Origin: Parcubacteria group bacterium
GTDB taxonomy: Bacteria > Patescibacteriota > Minisyncoccia > Phycocordibacterales > DATDWN01
Reading direction: 5' to 3'
NCBI GenBank assembly: GCA_039740895.1
Contig: JBCLGS010000001.1
Span: forward strand, 4,013-68,012
Length of the DNA stretch: 64,000 bases
Shown: piece after piece, positions 48,581 to 57,205 of the stretch
How positions within the stretch are numbered: the stretch's first letter is position 1
How the letters are laid out: each line of letters begins with the position of its first letter
Translations under genes and position numbers: made by a program
Notes under the pieces: generated by a model
Told to the model about the DNA's origin: nothing
The model's input: only the letters and a program-made list of their open reading frames with translations
Database searches by the model: none

Positions 48581-48602
48581 GAAAAGGTGTCAGGAACTTT
48601 TC
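48581..48602. repeat. Motif E, inverted orientation
   Basis: gaaaaggtgtcaggaacttttc; its reverse complement resembles aaaggttcctgacaccctt at 45883. Confidence 0.45.
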
Positions 48603-48605
48603 TTT

Positions 48606-48707
48606 GCCTCCCCATCTTCCCCGTTGTGTTTTCAGGACCAAACTTTTTTATTACCTTATCAAATTTCCTCTCGATTTAACAAACAATGGTGCCTGACCCA
48701 TTTTCCC
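48606..48707. repeat. ~100-bp direct repeat R2 (34-nt perfect core 48636-48669)
   Basis: See R1. Ends with motif E (aatggtgcctgacccattttccc, 48685-48707), whose stem is AATGG/CCATT versus AAAGG/CCTTT elsewhere. Confidence 0.75.
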
Positions 48708-48712
48708 ACCTT

Positions 48713-49813
48713 TTAAGTTTTTTTATTCTTTTCCCTCAATTTTATTTTTCGTTTTTCGACAAATTGTTCTTGGTGTTTGAAATATTCGCTTAAGTAAAAG
48801 TTTTGCTGCATCATATTTGATAAGTGTTTAGACCAAAAAATGTTGTCTGGTCTTGCTGGGGTTAAGATACATTTTTTATTTGTGTCAAAATAAAACTTAT
48901 CCTTATTAACCGCCTCATCGTGTGTAAAATCTAAATTACGGTTATCCTCTTTGTTGTCTATTGAAAAATCAATGATGTTGATTTGTTCAACCTGAATTGG
49001 ATCAAACAATTTACCATTTTCCAAAATTAAACAAGGGTGATTTTGACAATAATCCAGCAAATTTCCTGTATCATATTTACTATTTTTTAACTCATAATAA
49101 ATGTCCTTCAATAACTGTTTTAATTCAGTCTGTCGTTCTATGCCTATTATTTTCATATTGATACTATATAAGGCAAAAAATAACATAACTAAATCAATAT
49201 CTAAACATATTTCTTCATTAGCAAATTCACAGGCTGGATTAAATAATAATTCGTTAGTCGTATGTGATTTGATAACGTCTTGCTGACCGCCAGCAATATA
49301 AACATAAATATAACCCTCCAATTTTTCATTTCCTATATTCACAGGATTGGAAATATTATTTTTTCTTTTTATCACAGAGTTTTTCCAACTTGGAAACCTC
49401 TCATTTAATTTTTTAAAAGCACTTCTCGCTGTTTGCGAGGAAGAAACACCATCCTCATTTCTTATTGAAATCATTGAAGAAACAACCTCATCAGAACCTA
49501 ATCGACTTTTTATAACATTAAATAATGAATTCTTATCTTCATCTACGTTAAAATAATCTTCATTGATAAATTCCACAACAACACCACCAGAGAAGGTCTC
49601 TAGTTGCTCAAGTGTGAGTTTGTTTTTATTTACGGTTTTCCAAGAAATTAGAACACGATTCTTACGAGATGTTCGTTTTTGAAATAACTCATCAGGAACA
49701 TTACCTTGTGCAGTTTTCCCGCATAGATTTGTTAATTTTGTCCTAATTTTATCACCTTTATCAAAACTATTTAAAAAATTAATTGTTTTATTTCGTAATT
49801 GATTTTTTTTCAT
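48713..49813 (-). CDS. Putative type II restriction endonuclease (by position only)
   Basis: Start MKKNQLRNK lies 4 nt after the C-protein stop, and the gene is divergent from the methyltransferase. No recognised catalytic motif. Confidence 0.45.
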   Translation of the reverse strand: MKKNQLRNKTINFLNSFDKGDKIRTKLTNLCGKTAQGNVPDELFQKRTSRKNRVLISWKTVNKNKLTLEQLETFSGGVVVEFINEDYFNVDEDKNSLFNVIKSRLGSDEVVSSMISIRNEDGVSSSQTARSAFKKLNERFPSWKNSVIKRKNNISNPVNIGNEKLEGYIYVYIAGGQQDVIKSHTTNELLFNPACEFANEEICLDIDLVMLFFALYSINMKIIGIERQTELKQLLKDIYYELKNSKYDTGNLLDYCQNHPCLILENGKLFDPIQVEQINIIDFSIDNKEDNRNLDFTHDEAVNKDKFYFDTNKKCILTPARPDNIFWSKHLSNMMQQNFYLSEYFKHQEQFVEKRKIKLREKNKKT

Positions 49814-49817
49814 ATTA

Positions 49818-50048
49818 CTACTTTTGATTAAAAATTTTTCTGATATCAATATCAAGCGCATGAAAAATTTTTATGAGCGTATGGACAGATGCTTTGCGTC
49901 TATTTGTTTCAATATCACTTATAGATTTTGCCGCTAGGTTGACGGTGCGCGCGAGTTGCTCTTGTGTTATTTTTTTTGCTCGACGAAAATCGCCAATTTT
50001 TGATTGGATTTCATTCTGCACCTTCAAAAAGTCTATATTGGGGAGCAT
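49818..50048 (-). CDS. XRE-family HTH controller (C) protein
   Basis: ITQEQLARTVNLAAKSISDIETNRRKASVHTLIKI is a typical HTH_3, and the gene sits immediately upstream of the putative REase. Confidence 0.75.
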   Translation of the reverse strand: MLPNIDFLKVQNEIQSKIGDFRRAKKITQEQLARTVNLAAKSISDIETNRRKASVHTLIKIFHALDIDIRKIFNQK

Positions 50049-50125
50049 GTTTAAATTTTAACTTATATTATGATACAATATAACCGGCTAACTGCCGTAG
50101 TAAAAAATGATTATTAAGTAAAAAT

Positions 50126-52198
50126 ATGCTAAAATATAAAAATATGAAAAGTTATATAATGGAACTGAAGAATTTAAAAGATCACCTTGATTTTTCTATT
50201 TCAAATAAAAAATTGATTTCGCTAGCTTTGAGTGTTTCTAGGGTTGCAGACAAGAAACTTACAATCCATATAAATGATTTCAAATCAAAATACAATATTA
50301 AGCTTTCAGCCTTGCAGAGAAATAGTATTCGCGACTATATTTTAGATTTAGATAGTTGGAAAATAGAGGGAATCTCTCCGATAGAAAAAAATATAATTCA
50401 TGAAAATGATATTTTATTCGCTATCAATCTTATGAATATTGGTATAGAAAGAAATAAAACAAAGGTTGTTGGAACAATAAAATCTCGTTTAAACAAAAAA
50501 GAGAAGGAGGGAGAGAATACTTTAAATTATTTAGAAATAATTAAAGAATATGAAAAAAATAAAAATCAATTTTTAATTATAGAAGTTCAGCCAGATAAAA
50601 AAAATACAACTACAATAGTCAAATCAATAATTGACCAAGAATACAAAAATTTAGCAAATTATCATTACACAGCAATAATTTTTAAAGATAATAGCTGGAG
50701 TACAATTTCAGAAATTGCTATATATTGTGAATCCTTTAAACAAGAAAGTAATTTCGGAGTATTTAATAAGAAAAAAAACGAAAAAATAGATGAATTAAAT
50801 AACTTTATTAGGAAAAATAAGAATATTAAATATACGAAAGAAATTGAGAATAATATTAAACATCTTTTTCATGGTGTTCCTTATGGTTTTCAATTTAATG
50901 ATTTAATTATTTCAGATAATGACAATACAAAGATTTTAATCATTCAGAAAATTGAATTGGATGAAACAATTTTACCTTGCCCAGCCTGTATGGAAAAAAT
51001 GGTTCGCGGTAATTCATACCCAAAACTTCTTCTGAAAAGTTTTGAGTGTCAAAATTCTAATTGTCCAAGTCGGAGTAAAATTGGTCGAGGAAAAAGATTT
51101 GATTATTTTAATGTAAAAAGAAATGTTTATCTTAAACTGAATGACGAAAATAATTTAATAAATAAGGATTTGTTGAAGAAGTTTCGTAGAGATATTTTTT
51201 CAAACAAAGATGATATTTACGATATGTTAATTCAATTTTTTTCTTGGTCTGGTGACAAAGTTAAATATATTTCAAATATTGGAAAACTAAATACAAAACA
51301 AGGACATAATAGAAAAATTGAATTCTATAATATTGACACTTATAAAATAAATAAATTTAGTGATACATTATTAAACTCCTTACTTAAAGAAGTTATTAAG
51401 AACATAAACATAAAACCTGAGGAGCCAAGTAATAAAATTATTGAAGATGATTTTAGTATTTATGAGGGTAATTCATCAAATATACTTAATAACATTAAGG
51501 AAAAAATAAATGGGGTTATAACTTCTCCACCTTACTATAACGCAAGGGAATATTCTCAATGGCCAACAATGTTGTGCTATCTAATAGATATGGCTGTAAA
51601 CGCCAAAGCAGTTTTTGAAAAAATGGAAAATGGAACTTACTATTTTTATAATATTGGTGATATTGTTGGGCAAGATAACATGTTTGTTTCGTCCCACATG
51701 TCTAAGCGTCGCTTAATGCTTGGTTTTTATAGCATTTCAATTTTTGAAGAGCTTGGTTATGAGTTAGTCGAAAATATTATTTGGGATAAAGGTGAGGTCC
51801 AATCAAAACGTAATTCAACCGAAAATATTTTTCCAACTTATATAAAACCTATAAATTGTTATGAGCACATATTGATCTTTGGTAAAAAGGCTAAAAAAAT
51901 AAAATTACAAAAAAATGTTTTTAAGATTGATACTGTTAAAAAAATTAATTCTAAGGGTGAAAACATACTTGGACATACAGCACCTTACCCAGAACAACTT
52001 GTTGAATTAATTTTTCCTTACATAGATAAAAATAAAGGTTACCTTTTAGATCCATATCTAGGAAGTGGAACAACAGTTATCGCTGGCTATAAAAATGGTT
52101 TTAAAACTGTTGGTATTGAATATGATAAAAATTATTTTGAGCTTGCCAATAAACGAATTAAATCGTCAATTGATAATTCCCAGCAAGGTCTTTTTTAA
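50126..52198 (+). CDS. DNA methyltransferase (N4/N6, beta-class order) with ~470-aa N-terminal extension containing a zinc ribbon
   Basis: Motif IV SPPYYNA precedes motif I DPYLGSGTT. Ribbon CPACMEK...CQNSNCPS. Confidence 0.85.
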   Translation: MLKYKNMKSYIMELKNLKDHLDFSISNKKLISLALSVSRVADKKLTIHINDFKSKYNIKLSALQRNSIRDYILDLDSWKIEGISPIEKNIIHENDILFAINLMNIGIERNKTKVVGTIKSRLNKKEKEGENTLNYLEIIKEYEKNKNQFLIIEVQPDKKNTTTIVKSIIDQEYKNLANYHYTAIIFKDNSWSTISEIAIYCESFKQESNFGVFNKKKNEKIDELNNFIRKNKNIKYTKEIENNIKHLFHGVPYGFQFNDLIISDNDNTKILIIQKIELDETILPCPACMEKMVRGNSYPKLLLKSFECQNSNCPSRSKIGRGKRFDYFNVKRNVYLKLNDENNLINKDLLKKFRRDIFSNKDDIYDMLIQFFSWSGDKVKYISNIGKLNTKQGHNRKIEFYNIDTYKINKFSDTLLNSLLKEVIKNINIKPEEPSNKIIEDDFSIYEGNSSNILNNIKEKINGVITSPPYYNAREYSQWPTMLCYLIDMAVNAKAVFEKMENGTYYFYNIGDIVGQDNMFVSSHMSKRRLMLGFYSISIFEELGYELVENIIWDKGEVQSKRNSTENIFPTYIKPINCYEHILIFGKKAKKIKLQKNVFKIDTVKKINSKGENILGHTAPYPEQLVELIFPYIDKNKGYLLDPYLGSGTTVIAGYKNGFKTVGIEYDKNYFELANKRIKSSIDNSQQGLF

Positions 52199-52364
52199 AA
52201 TATTCGTTTACATCCATACCCCACGGCACACGCTCATAATCTTTGAGCTCATTATCGGCTTCCTGTTTCCCGTCATCATCTAAACAAATTTCCGCCTCTT
52301 CATCACGCTCGCCAATCTGTTGCCAAATAATTTTAATGGTTCTTTTGGTAATTTTAAGGTCTAC
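52158..52364 (-). pseudogene. Remnant of a type I R-M HsdM-like C-terminus
   Basis: Hand translation: ...IKIIWQQIGERDEEAEICLDDDGKQEADNELKDYERVPWGMDVNEYFKKDL. It resembles the conserved HsdM tail (..LRD.ENVPL..I.EYF..EV). No start codon, and it overlaps the MTase 3' end. Confidence 0.45.
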
Positions 52365-52426
52365 CTCTCTTCCTTTATCCCGCCTATTTTAAAGAAAGTA
52401 GTTCTTTTAAAATCTGATCTAGATCT

Positions 52427-52600
52427 TCTTATATCGATGAATCAACTTTTCCAATATGTTTTATAGCTCTTTAACCTGTTAGTTATAATAGAATCATTAC
52501 TTTCATTCCACAACAAAGAAGCATCTTTGGTAGAAAAGATAGTTTTGGAAGACCTTAACAAGATCTCTAAATATTCCCCTTTTATTGGTTTTTTATCCAT
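52427..52600 (-). pseudogene. Truncated AbiEi-like antitoxin N-terminal fragment (57 aa)
   Basis: Hand translation: MDKKPIKGEYLEILLRSSKTIFSTKDASLLWNESNDSIITNRLKSYKTYWKS. It stops where the L.RL.RG.Y segment is expected. Confidence 0.35.
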
Positions 52601-52612
52601 ATTTATGACCAG

Positions 52613-52635
52613 AAAGGTGGCTGTACTTATTTTCC
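52613..52635. repeat. Motif E variant (aaaggtggctgtacttattttcc)
   Basis: Lies 10 nt downstream of the stop of 52645-54330. Confidence 0.4.
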
Positions 52636-52644
52636 ATCTTTGTG

Positions 52645-54330
52645 TTATATCATAGCTTTTACTATATCTTCTGTTGTTATATTTTGATTGTTTTGTAATT
52701 TTAATTCTAGGTCGAGGAATTTCTGACTTCTTTTATCACCTATTTTTTCGAATAATGTACGCATACGATTCAAACTATAGATGAAATTGGGTTGAAGATA
52801 AAGAGCTTTCAGGTATTCTTGTATAGCTTCTTCTGTTTTACCATCTGCTATCAGACAATTTGCCAGATTATGATGAGTTTGGGGGTAAGAATCATTGAGC
52901 TCTATCGCCTTTCTATAGTGAGGTATAGCAGAGACGCAATCCTCTTTGTCGGCATACTGCATGGCAAGATTATTGTAAATACGAGCAGAAGAAGTTGAGT
53001 ACTTTAGCTCGTTATTATAGAATTTGATCGGATCCCCCCACTCTACATTACGAGCTATAATTCTAAAAGAAAAAAGAATTAAAATTAATATTAAAATATA
53101 GAGGATTATTTGTCGAGTCATGAAAGAAAATTTGTCAAAATATAAGTCATAGAGATAACATATACAGAATATCAAACCGATGATGGGTGTATAGAGCCAG
53201 TGTTCAAGATACATAGAATTCACGGGAATAATACCAGAGACAGGCAGGAGTGCTATGATGAACCAAGATAAACCCAAAAAAAGTTCACCCTTTTTTTTAA
53301 TTATGGAAACAACAGCAAGAGTACCACCTGCTAGAATTGAAATAATGCTAAAAATAGACTGCATGGATAATAAAGAATAAAAAGCTATATAAGGCTTCTC
53401 ATAGTTTAGTCGCCATGGCCAGAGGATCATTTTGAAATATTCTGGCAAGATGTGTATGAATGTCATTAAACGAACCCACAGATTTGAAGTATATGAATTT
53501 ATCTCTCCAAAAAGACCCGCAACTCCGGTGAAATTTAAAAATTGAAACCTGATAAATAAAAAAATAATAGAAATAATAAATAAAATAGAAAATATAGTTA
53601 TGGGTCTTGATATCTTTACGACTTCCCCTCTCTTATATTTATAAATAAATATAAGAGCAATCAAACCTAGAGAAACCACTTGACTCTCTTTTGAGAATAA
53701 ACCGAGTATAAACACAAGACAAGATAATAATACTAATTTAATAAAGATTTTCTTTGTTATATCTCCAAATGATTCGATGAATAGTATTACAGTTAAGAGT
53801 ATGCTAGAAAGCACCAGTGGCTCAGATAGTCCAGATATGTAGCTGACAGCCTGAGTCAGTATCGGGTGAAGGAGGAAAAATACGGAACCAAAGAGCGCTG
53901 TGTGGCGACGTAAACCAAGCTTGGTAAACAATATGAAAATGAGAAATCCATTCATAATATGTAGGAGTATGGGTACAAGGTGGAAGAAGAATGGCGTCAA
54001 ACCAAAAAGGGTGTAAAGGACAGTATAGATGAGCTGCTGATTCGGACGATAGAAATTATCCCCTACGAGGCCAGAGCCGGCAGTCGTGCTCGAAGTGTAA
54101 ATAGTACCGATATTTGAAAGTGAGCGAATCATAGTATTATTCTCTATGAAAATATTGTCATCGAAGATGAAGTGTCCGAATAATACATTGGCGTAAACAA
54201 ATAGTGTGATACAAAACAAAAAATAGAAAACTGAGCGTTGGCTAGATGTGACCTTATCAATTAATTTGCTGATACTTTTAATCATATTTGTATCTTCTAT
54301 GAAATGCCAAGAAATAGGGACAGCCGCCAT
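52645..54330 (-). CDS. Polytopic membrane protein with C-terminal TPR repeats (TMTC/PMT-like glycosyltransferase family, tentative)
   Basis: About ten or more TM segments, FIFDDNIFIENN near the N-terminus and C-terminal TPRs (YNNLAMQY...AIELNDSYPQTHHNLANCL). An alternative start is at 54285. Confidence 0.7.
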   Translation of the reverse strand: MAAVPISWHFIEDTNMIKSISKLIDKVTSSQRSVFYFLFCITLFVYANVLFGHFIFDDNIFIENNTMIRSLSNIGTIYTSSTTAGSGLVGDNFYRPNQQLIYTVLYTLFGLTPFFFHLVPILLHIMNGFLIFILFTKLGLRRHTALFGSVFFLLHPILTQAVSYISGLSEPLVLSSILLTVILFIESFGDITKKIFIKLVLLSCLVFILGLFSKESQVVSLGLIALIFIYKYKRGEVVKISRPITIFSILFIISIIFLFIRFQFLNFTGVAGLFGEINSYTSNLWVRLMTFIHILPEYFKMILWPWRLNYEKPYIAFYSLLSMQSIFSIISILAGGTLAVVSIIKKKGELFLGLSWFIIALLPVSGIIPVNSMYLEHWLYTPIIGLIFCICYLYDLYFDKFSFMTRQIILYILILILILFSFRIIARNVEWGDPIKFYNNELKYSTSSARIYNNLAMQYADKEDCVSAIPHYRKAIELNDSYPQTHHNLANCLIADGKTEEAIQEYLKALYLQPNFIYSLNRMRTLFEKIGDKRSQKFLDLELKLQNNQNITTEDIVKAMI

Positions 54331-54447
54331 TTAAAACTACTATATTTTCTTTGGTCTTCCAACCCCGCGTAATTTCTGCTCCAAACTGTATTTATTAATT
54401 ATATACCCCCTTAATTATTTATCAATTTAATGTATAATATAAAGATA

Positions 54448-54480
54448 TTTTTACTATATAAATTATTTATATAGTAAAAA
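54448..54480. promoter_or_regulatory. 33-nt perfect palindrome in a divergent intergenic region
   Basis: tttttactatataaat-t-atttatatagtaaaaa. Confidence 0.4.
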
Positions 54481-54508
54481 GAAGTACAAACCTTATAAGT
54501 AAAAAATA

Positions 54509-55048
54509 ATGTGTGAAATAATAGGAATAATCACAAAAACAAAGAGAAATATATTACCAGAAATGGTAAGTGCACTATCTCGTCTAGAGTATAGAGGATA
54601 TGATAGTGCTGGAATAGTTTTTCCATATGATAATAAATTATCAACACACAAGTGTCTTGGAGCACCATCTCTAAACTTACATGCCAAAGATATTTATGAG
54701 GGTATAAAAAATGAGTCACCAATGTTAAGTATTGGAATAGGACATAATAGGTGGGCTACACATGGTAAACCAAGCATAAAAAACGCACATCCACATGTCG
54801 ATATGTGTAATACTGTTGCAGTTGTTCATAATGGAACTATTCTAAACTATAATTTTCTAAAAAAAGAACTTGAGGGGTCAAATATTATATTCTCATCTGA
54901 AACAGATACAGAAGTTATACCTCAGATGATAGCGTTTTATATTAGAAATGGCGATACAATGAGAAAGGCTTTTAAAAAAACCATTAACAATTATTTCTTC
55001 AATGCGAGTCTCGCCTTTTTAATTGCGAGACGCTTCTTTGTTTTGTGA
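54509..55048 (+). pseudogene. glmS: Truncated glmS (N-terminal part of the glutaminase domain only)
   Basis: MCEIIG (Cys2 nucleophile), HNRWATHG, VVHNGTILNY and SETDTEV. Homology ends near residue 160, and the tail is antisense to a small basic ORF. Confidence 0.75.
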
Positions 55049-55095
55049 GAACGAGTTGCTTTGTTTTTTGTGTTTGTAGCTAATCTTTTTGCCAT
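54991..55095 (-). CDS. Small very basic ORF (34 aa, not in ORF track)
   Basis: Hand translation: MAKRLATNTKNKATRSHKTKKRLAIKKARLALKK. No SD, and its identity is not recognised. Confidence 0.3.
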   Translation of the reverse strand: MAKRLATNTKNKATRSHKTKKRLAIKKARLALKK

Positions 55096-55135
55096 ATAAT
55101 TTTACTATACACTAATTTATCAAAATAAGATATAT

Positions 55136-55522
55136 CTAAGTCATTGGTTCAAGACAAACAGAATTCATACAATATCTTTTTCCTGTGTTGGTTGGACCAT
55201 CATCAAATACATGTCCGAGATGCGCTCCGCATTTTGCGCAAGTAGCTTCTGTCCGAGTCATCTCTCCAGAATTATCTAAACTTTCCATAATAGCTCCGGA
55301 CAATGCATCATCAAAACTAGGCCAGCCAGTACCAGAATCAAATTTTGTATCCGCAGAAAAAAGTGGATTGCCACATGCAGAGCAGGCAAAGACTCCGCCT
55401 TCTGTAACTTTCAGTTCTTTACCAGAAAAAGGAGCTTCTGTTCCTTTTTCTCTCATAATTTTATACTGTTCCGGAGTCAAAAATTCTTTCCACTCCTCAT
55501 CTGTTTTTGGAAGTAAATTCAT
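55136..55522 (-). CDS. msrB: Peptide-methionine (R)-S-oxide reductase MsrB
   Basis: CxxC pairs (CSACGN, CAKCGAHLGH), GWPSF and RYCMNS. Start taken at MNLLPKTDEEW. Confidence 0.92.
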   Translation of the reverse strand: MNLLPKTDEEWKEFLTPEQYKIMREKGTEAPFSGKELKVTEGGVFACSACGNPLFSADTKFDSGTGWPSFDDALSGAIMESLDNSGEMTRTEATCAKCGAHLGHVFDDGPTNTGKRYCMNSVCLEPMT

Positions 55523-55559
55523 GCTTACATTATATACTAAATAAAGGGATTTGAGAGCA

Positions 55560-56084
55560 TTAAACACCGCTAACTAGAATAGAAACTGTGCGCTCACGGT
55601 CGTGGTCTAGCTCAATTAGCATGATTTCTTGCCATCGTCCGCGGAGAAGTTTCCCGTCGTCGACAATGAGTTGAATAGCTGGGTGAATCATAAGTGCCTG
55701 TGCATGAGCATGACCATTTATACATTCTTGTATCACTCCATTTTCATCTGGTTCGCAAAGATGTGTATTGCGCTTACCGTTAACATTTTCTGCACAACGA
55801 ATATCATTGTGCCCGTACTCAAGTGTGGGATGAGCAAAATTATCCAAAATTTTTTGAAGATCAGAAGCATAGCCAATCTCCTCAGATGGACCTATCAGGT
55901 TTTTTTCATTTTCATTTACCCAAATACCACAAGTGGTGTGATGTGTTTGGATTAGAACAGTTCCACTTTTTATTTGTGAGTCTAAAATAACTTGTTCTAC
56001 ATCAGATGTGATAGTGATAAATTCTGTTCTATACTTAGTCTGATATTTTTTCGTATCTAAATGCGTTTTAAAGTTGTTATTCAT
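55560..56084 (-). CDS. YjbQ/UPF0047-family protein
   Basis: TVLIQTHHTTCGIWVNENE and later His-rich motifs fit UPF0047. Assignment is from recalled family features. Confidence 0.55.
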   Translation of the reverse strand: MNNNFKTHLDTKKYQTKYRTEFITITSDVEQVILDSQIKSGTVLIQTHHTTCGIWVNENEKNLIGPSEEIGYASDLQKILDNFAHPTLEYGHNDIRCAENVNGKRNTHLCEPDENGVIQECINGHAHAQALMIHPAIQLIVDDGKLLRGRWQEIMLIELDHDRERTVSILVSGV

Positions 56085-56129
56085 TTTTATAAAATAAATT
56101 TTAAGGTAAGAATATTATATAACAAAAAA

Positions 56130-56354
56130 TTACATAAGTCCCCTCAAGTCAGCCTCATGTCTTTTTACAACTTCCTGAGTTGCAGCCATCTGACTCTTAC
56201 CTTTCTTCATCTCTGCTTGGACTTCAAGACCAATCTTCTGAAACAAGTCTGGATTTTTCTCCAGCATGGCAAAAACTTTGTCTTGGTCCCCTTGTGGCAC
56301 ATCTTTCATCTTATTTGCCAGCATTTTTCTCATTAAAAACGATTTTATAGACAT
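56130..56354 (-). CDS. Hypothetical protein (74 aa)
   Basis: ORF only. Confidence 0.4.
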   Translation of the reverse strand: MSIKSFLMRKMLANKMKDVPQGDQDKVFAMLEKNPDLFQKIGLEVQAEMKKGKSQMAATQEVVKRHEADLRGLM

Positions 56355-56398
56355 AAATTTATTTTTATTTTTATATCTATATATGCTATCATAAAAAT

Positions 56399-57193
56399 AT
56401 GAAATGGAAAGTAATTATTGCACTGTTTGTTATAGCTATTGGTGGTCTAGTTAGCACTGTAAAATATTATGGTTTTGAATGGAATGTCTTGGCCAATTTA
56501 ACATTTTACGAAAATCTAGCAAACCCATCTATAAAAATAATCAGAATTCAAGAAGGATTACGAAAAGAAGAAGTGTCAAAAGTCATTGGCGACAAACTCG
56601 GCTGGAATACAACTCAAAAACAAGAATTTGAAAACGCTCACCTAGCCCTAGGTAAAACAAATGTTGAAGGATACCTTTTCCCAAAAACCTATATGATTTT
56701 AAAAACTAATTCTCCAAAAGAGGTTAGTAAAACCATCACAGATGAATTCAAAACCCAGACGAGCACAATAAAAAAAGCTAAACAAACCAAAATTATTAAC
56801 GAAGAAACAGCGATTAAAATTGCTTCTATTATTCAAAAAGAAGCTGGACATAAAAGTGATATGAAGCTTATTTCTGGAATTATCTGGAATCGCATTTTTA
56901 AGGGAATGAAGTTAGAAATGGATGTCACTCTCCAATATGCAAAAGGTAGTGAGGCAGGTGGTTGGTGGCCAGAAATTGAACCTGAAGACAAAAAAATTGA
57001 TTCTCCGTACAATACATATATGTATTTTTCCCTACCGCCGTACCCTATCGCCAGTCCAGGACTGACCGCTATTGAAGCAGCTTACAACCCTCAGAAGACG
57101 ACCTGTATTTTCTTTTTACATGACAAAAAAGGAAAAATGCACTGTTCTGCAACATACGAGGAACATAAAAGAAATATTCAAAGATATTATTGA
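56399..57193 (+). CDS. MltG/YceG-like transglycosylase, second paralog
   Basis: VEGYLFPKTY, ASIIQKEA and SPYNTYMYFSLPPYPIASPG. Confidence 0.8.
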   Translation: MKWKVIIALFVIAIGGLVSTVKYYGFEWNVLANLTFYENLANPSIKIIRIQEGLRKEEVSKVIGDKLGWNTTQKQEFENAHLALGKTNVEGYLFPKTYMILKTNSPKEVSKTITDEFKTQTSTIKKAKQTKIINEETAIKIASIIQKEAGHKSDMKLISGIIWNRIFKGMKLEMDVTLQYAKGSEAGGWWPEIEPEDKKIDSPYNTYMYFSLPPYPIASPGLTAIEAAYNPQKTTCIFFLHDKKGKMHCSATYEEHKRNIQRYY

Positions 57194-57205
57194 TTCTAAT
57201 CCAAG

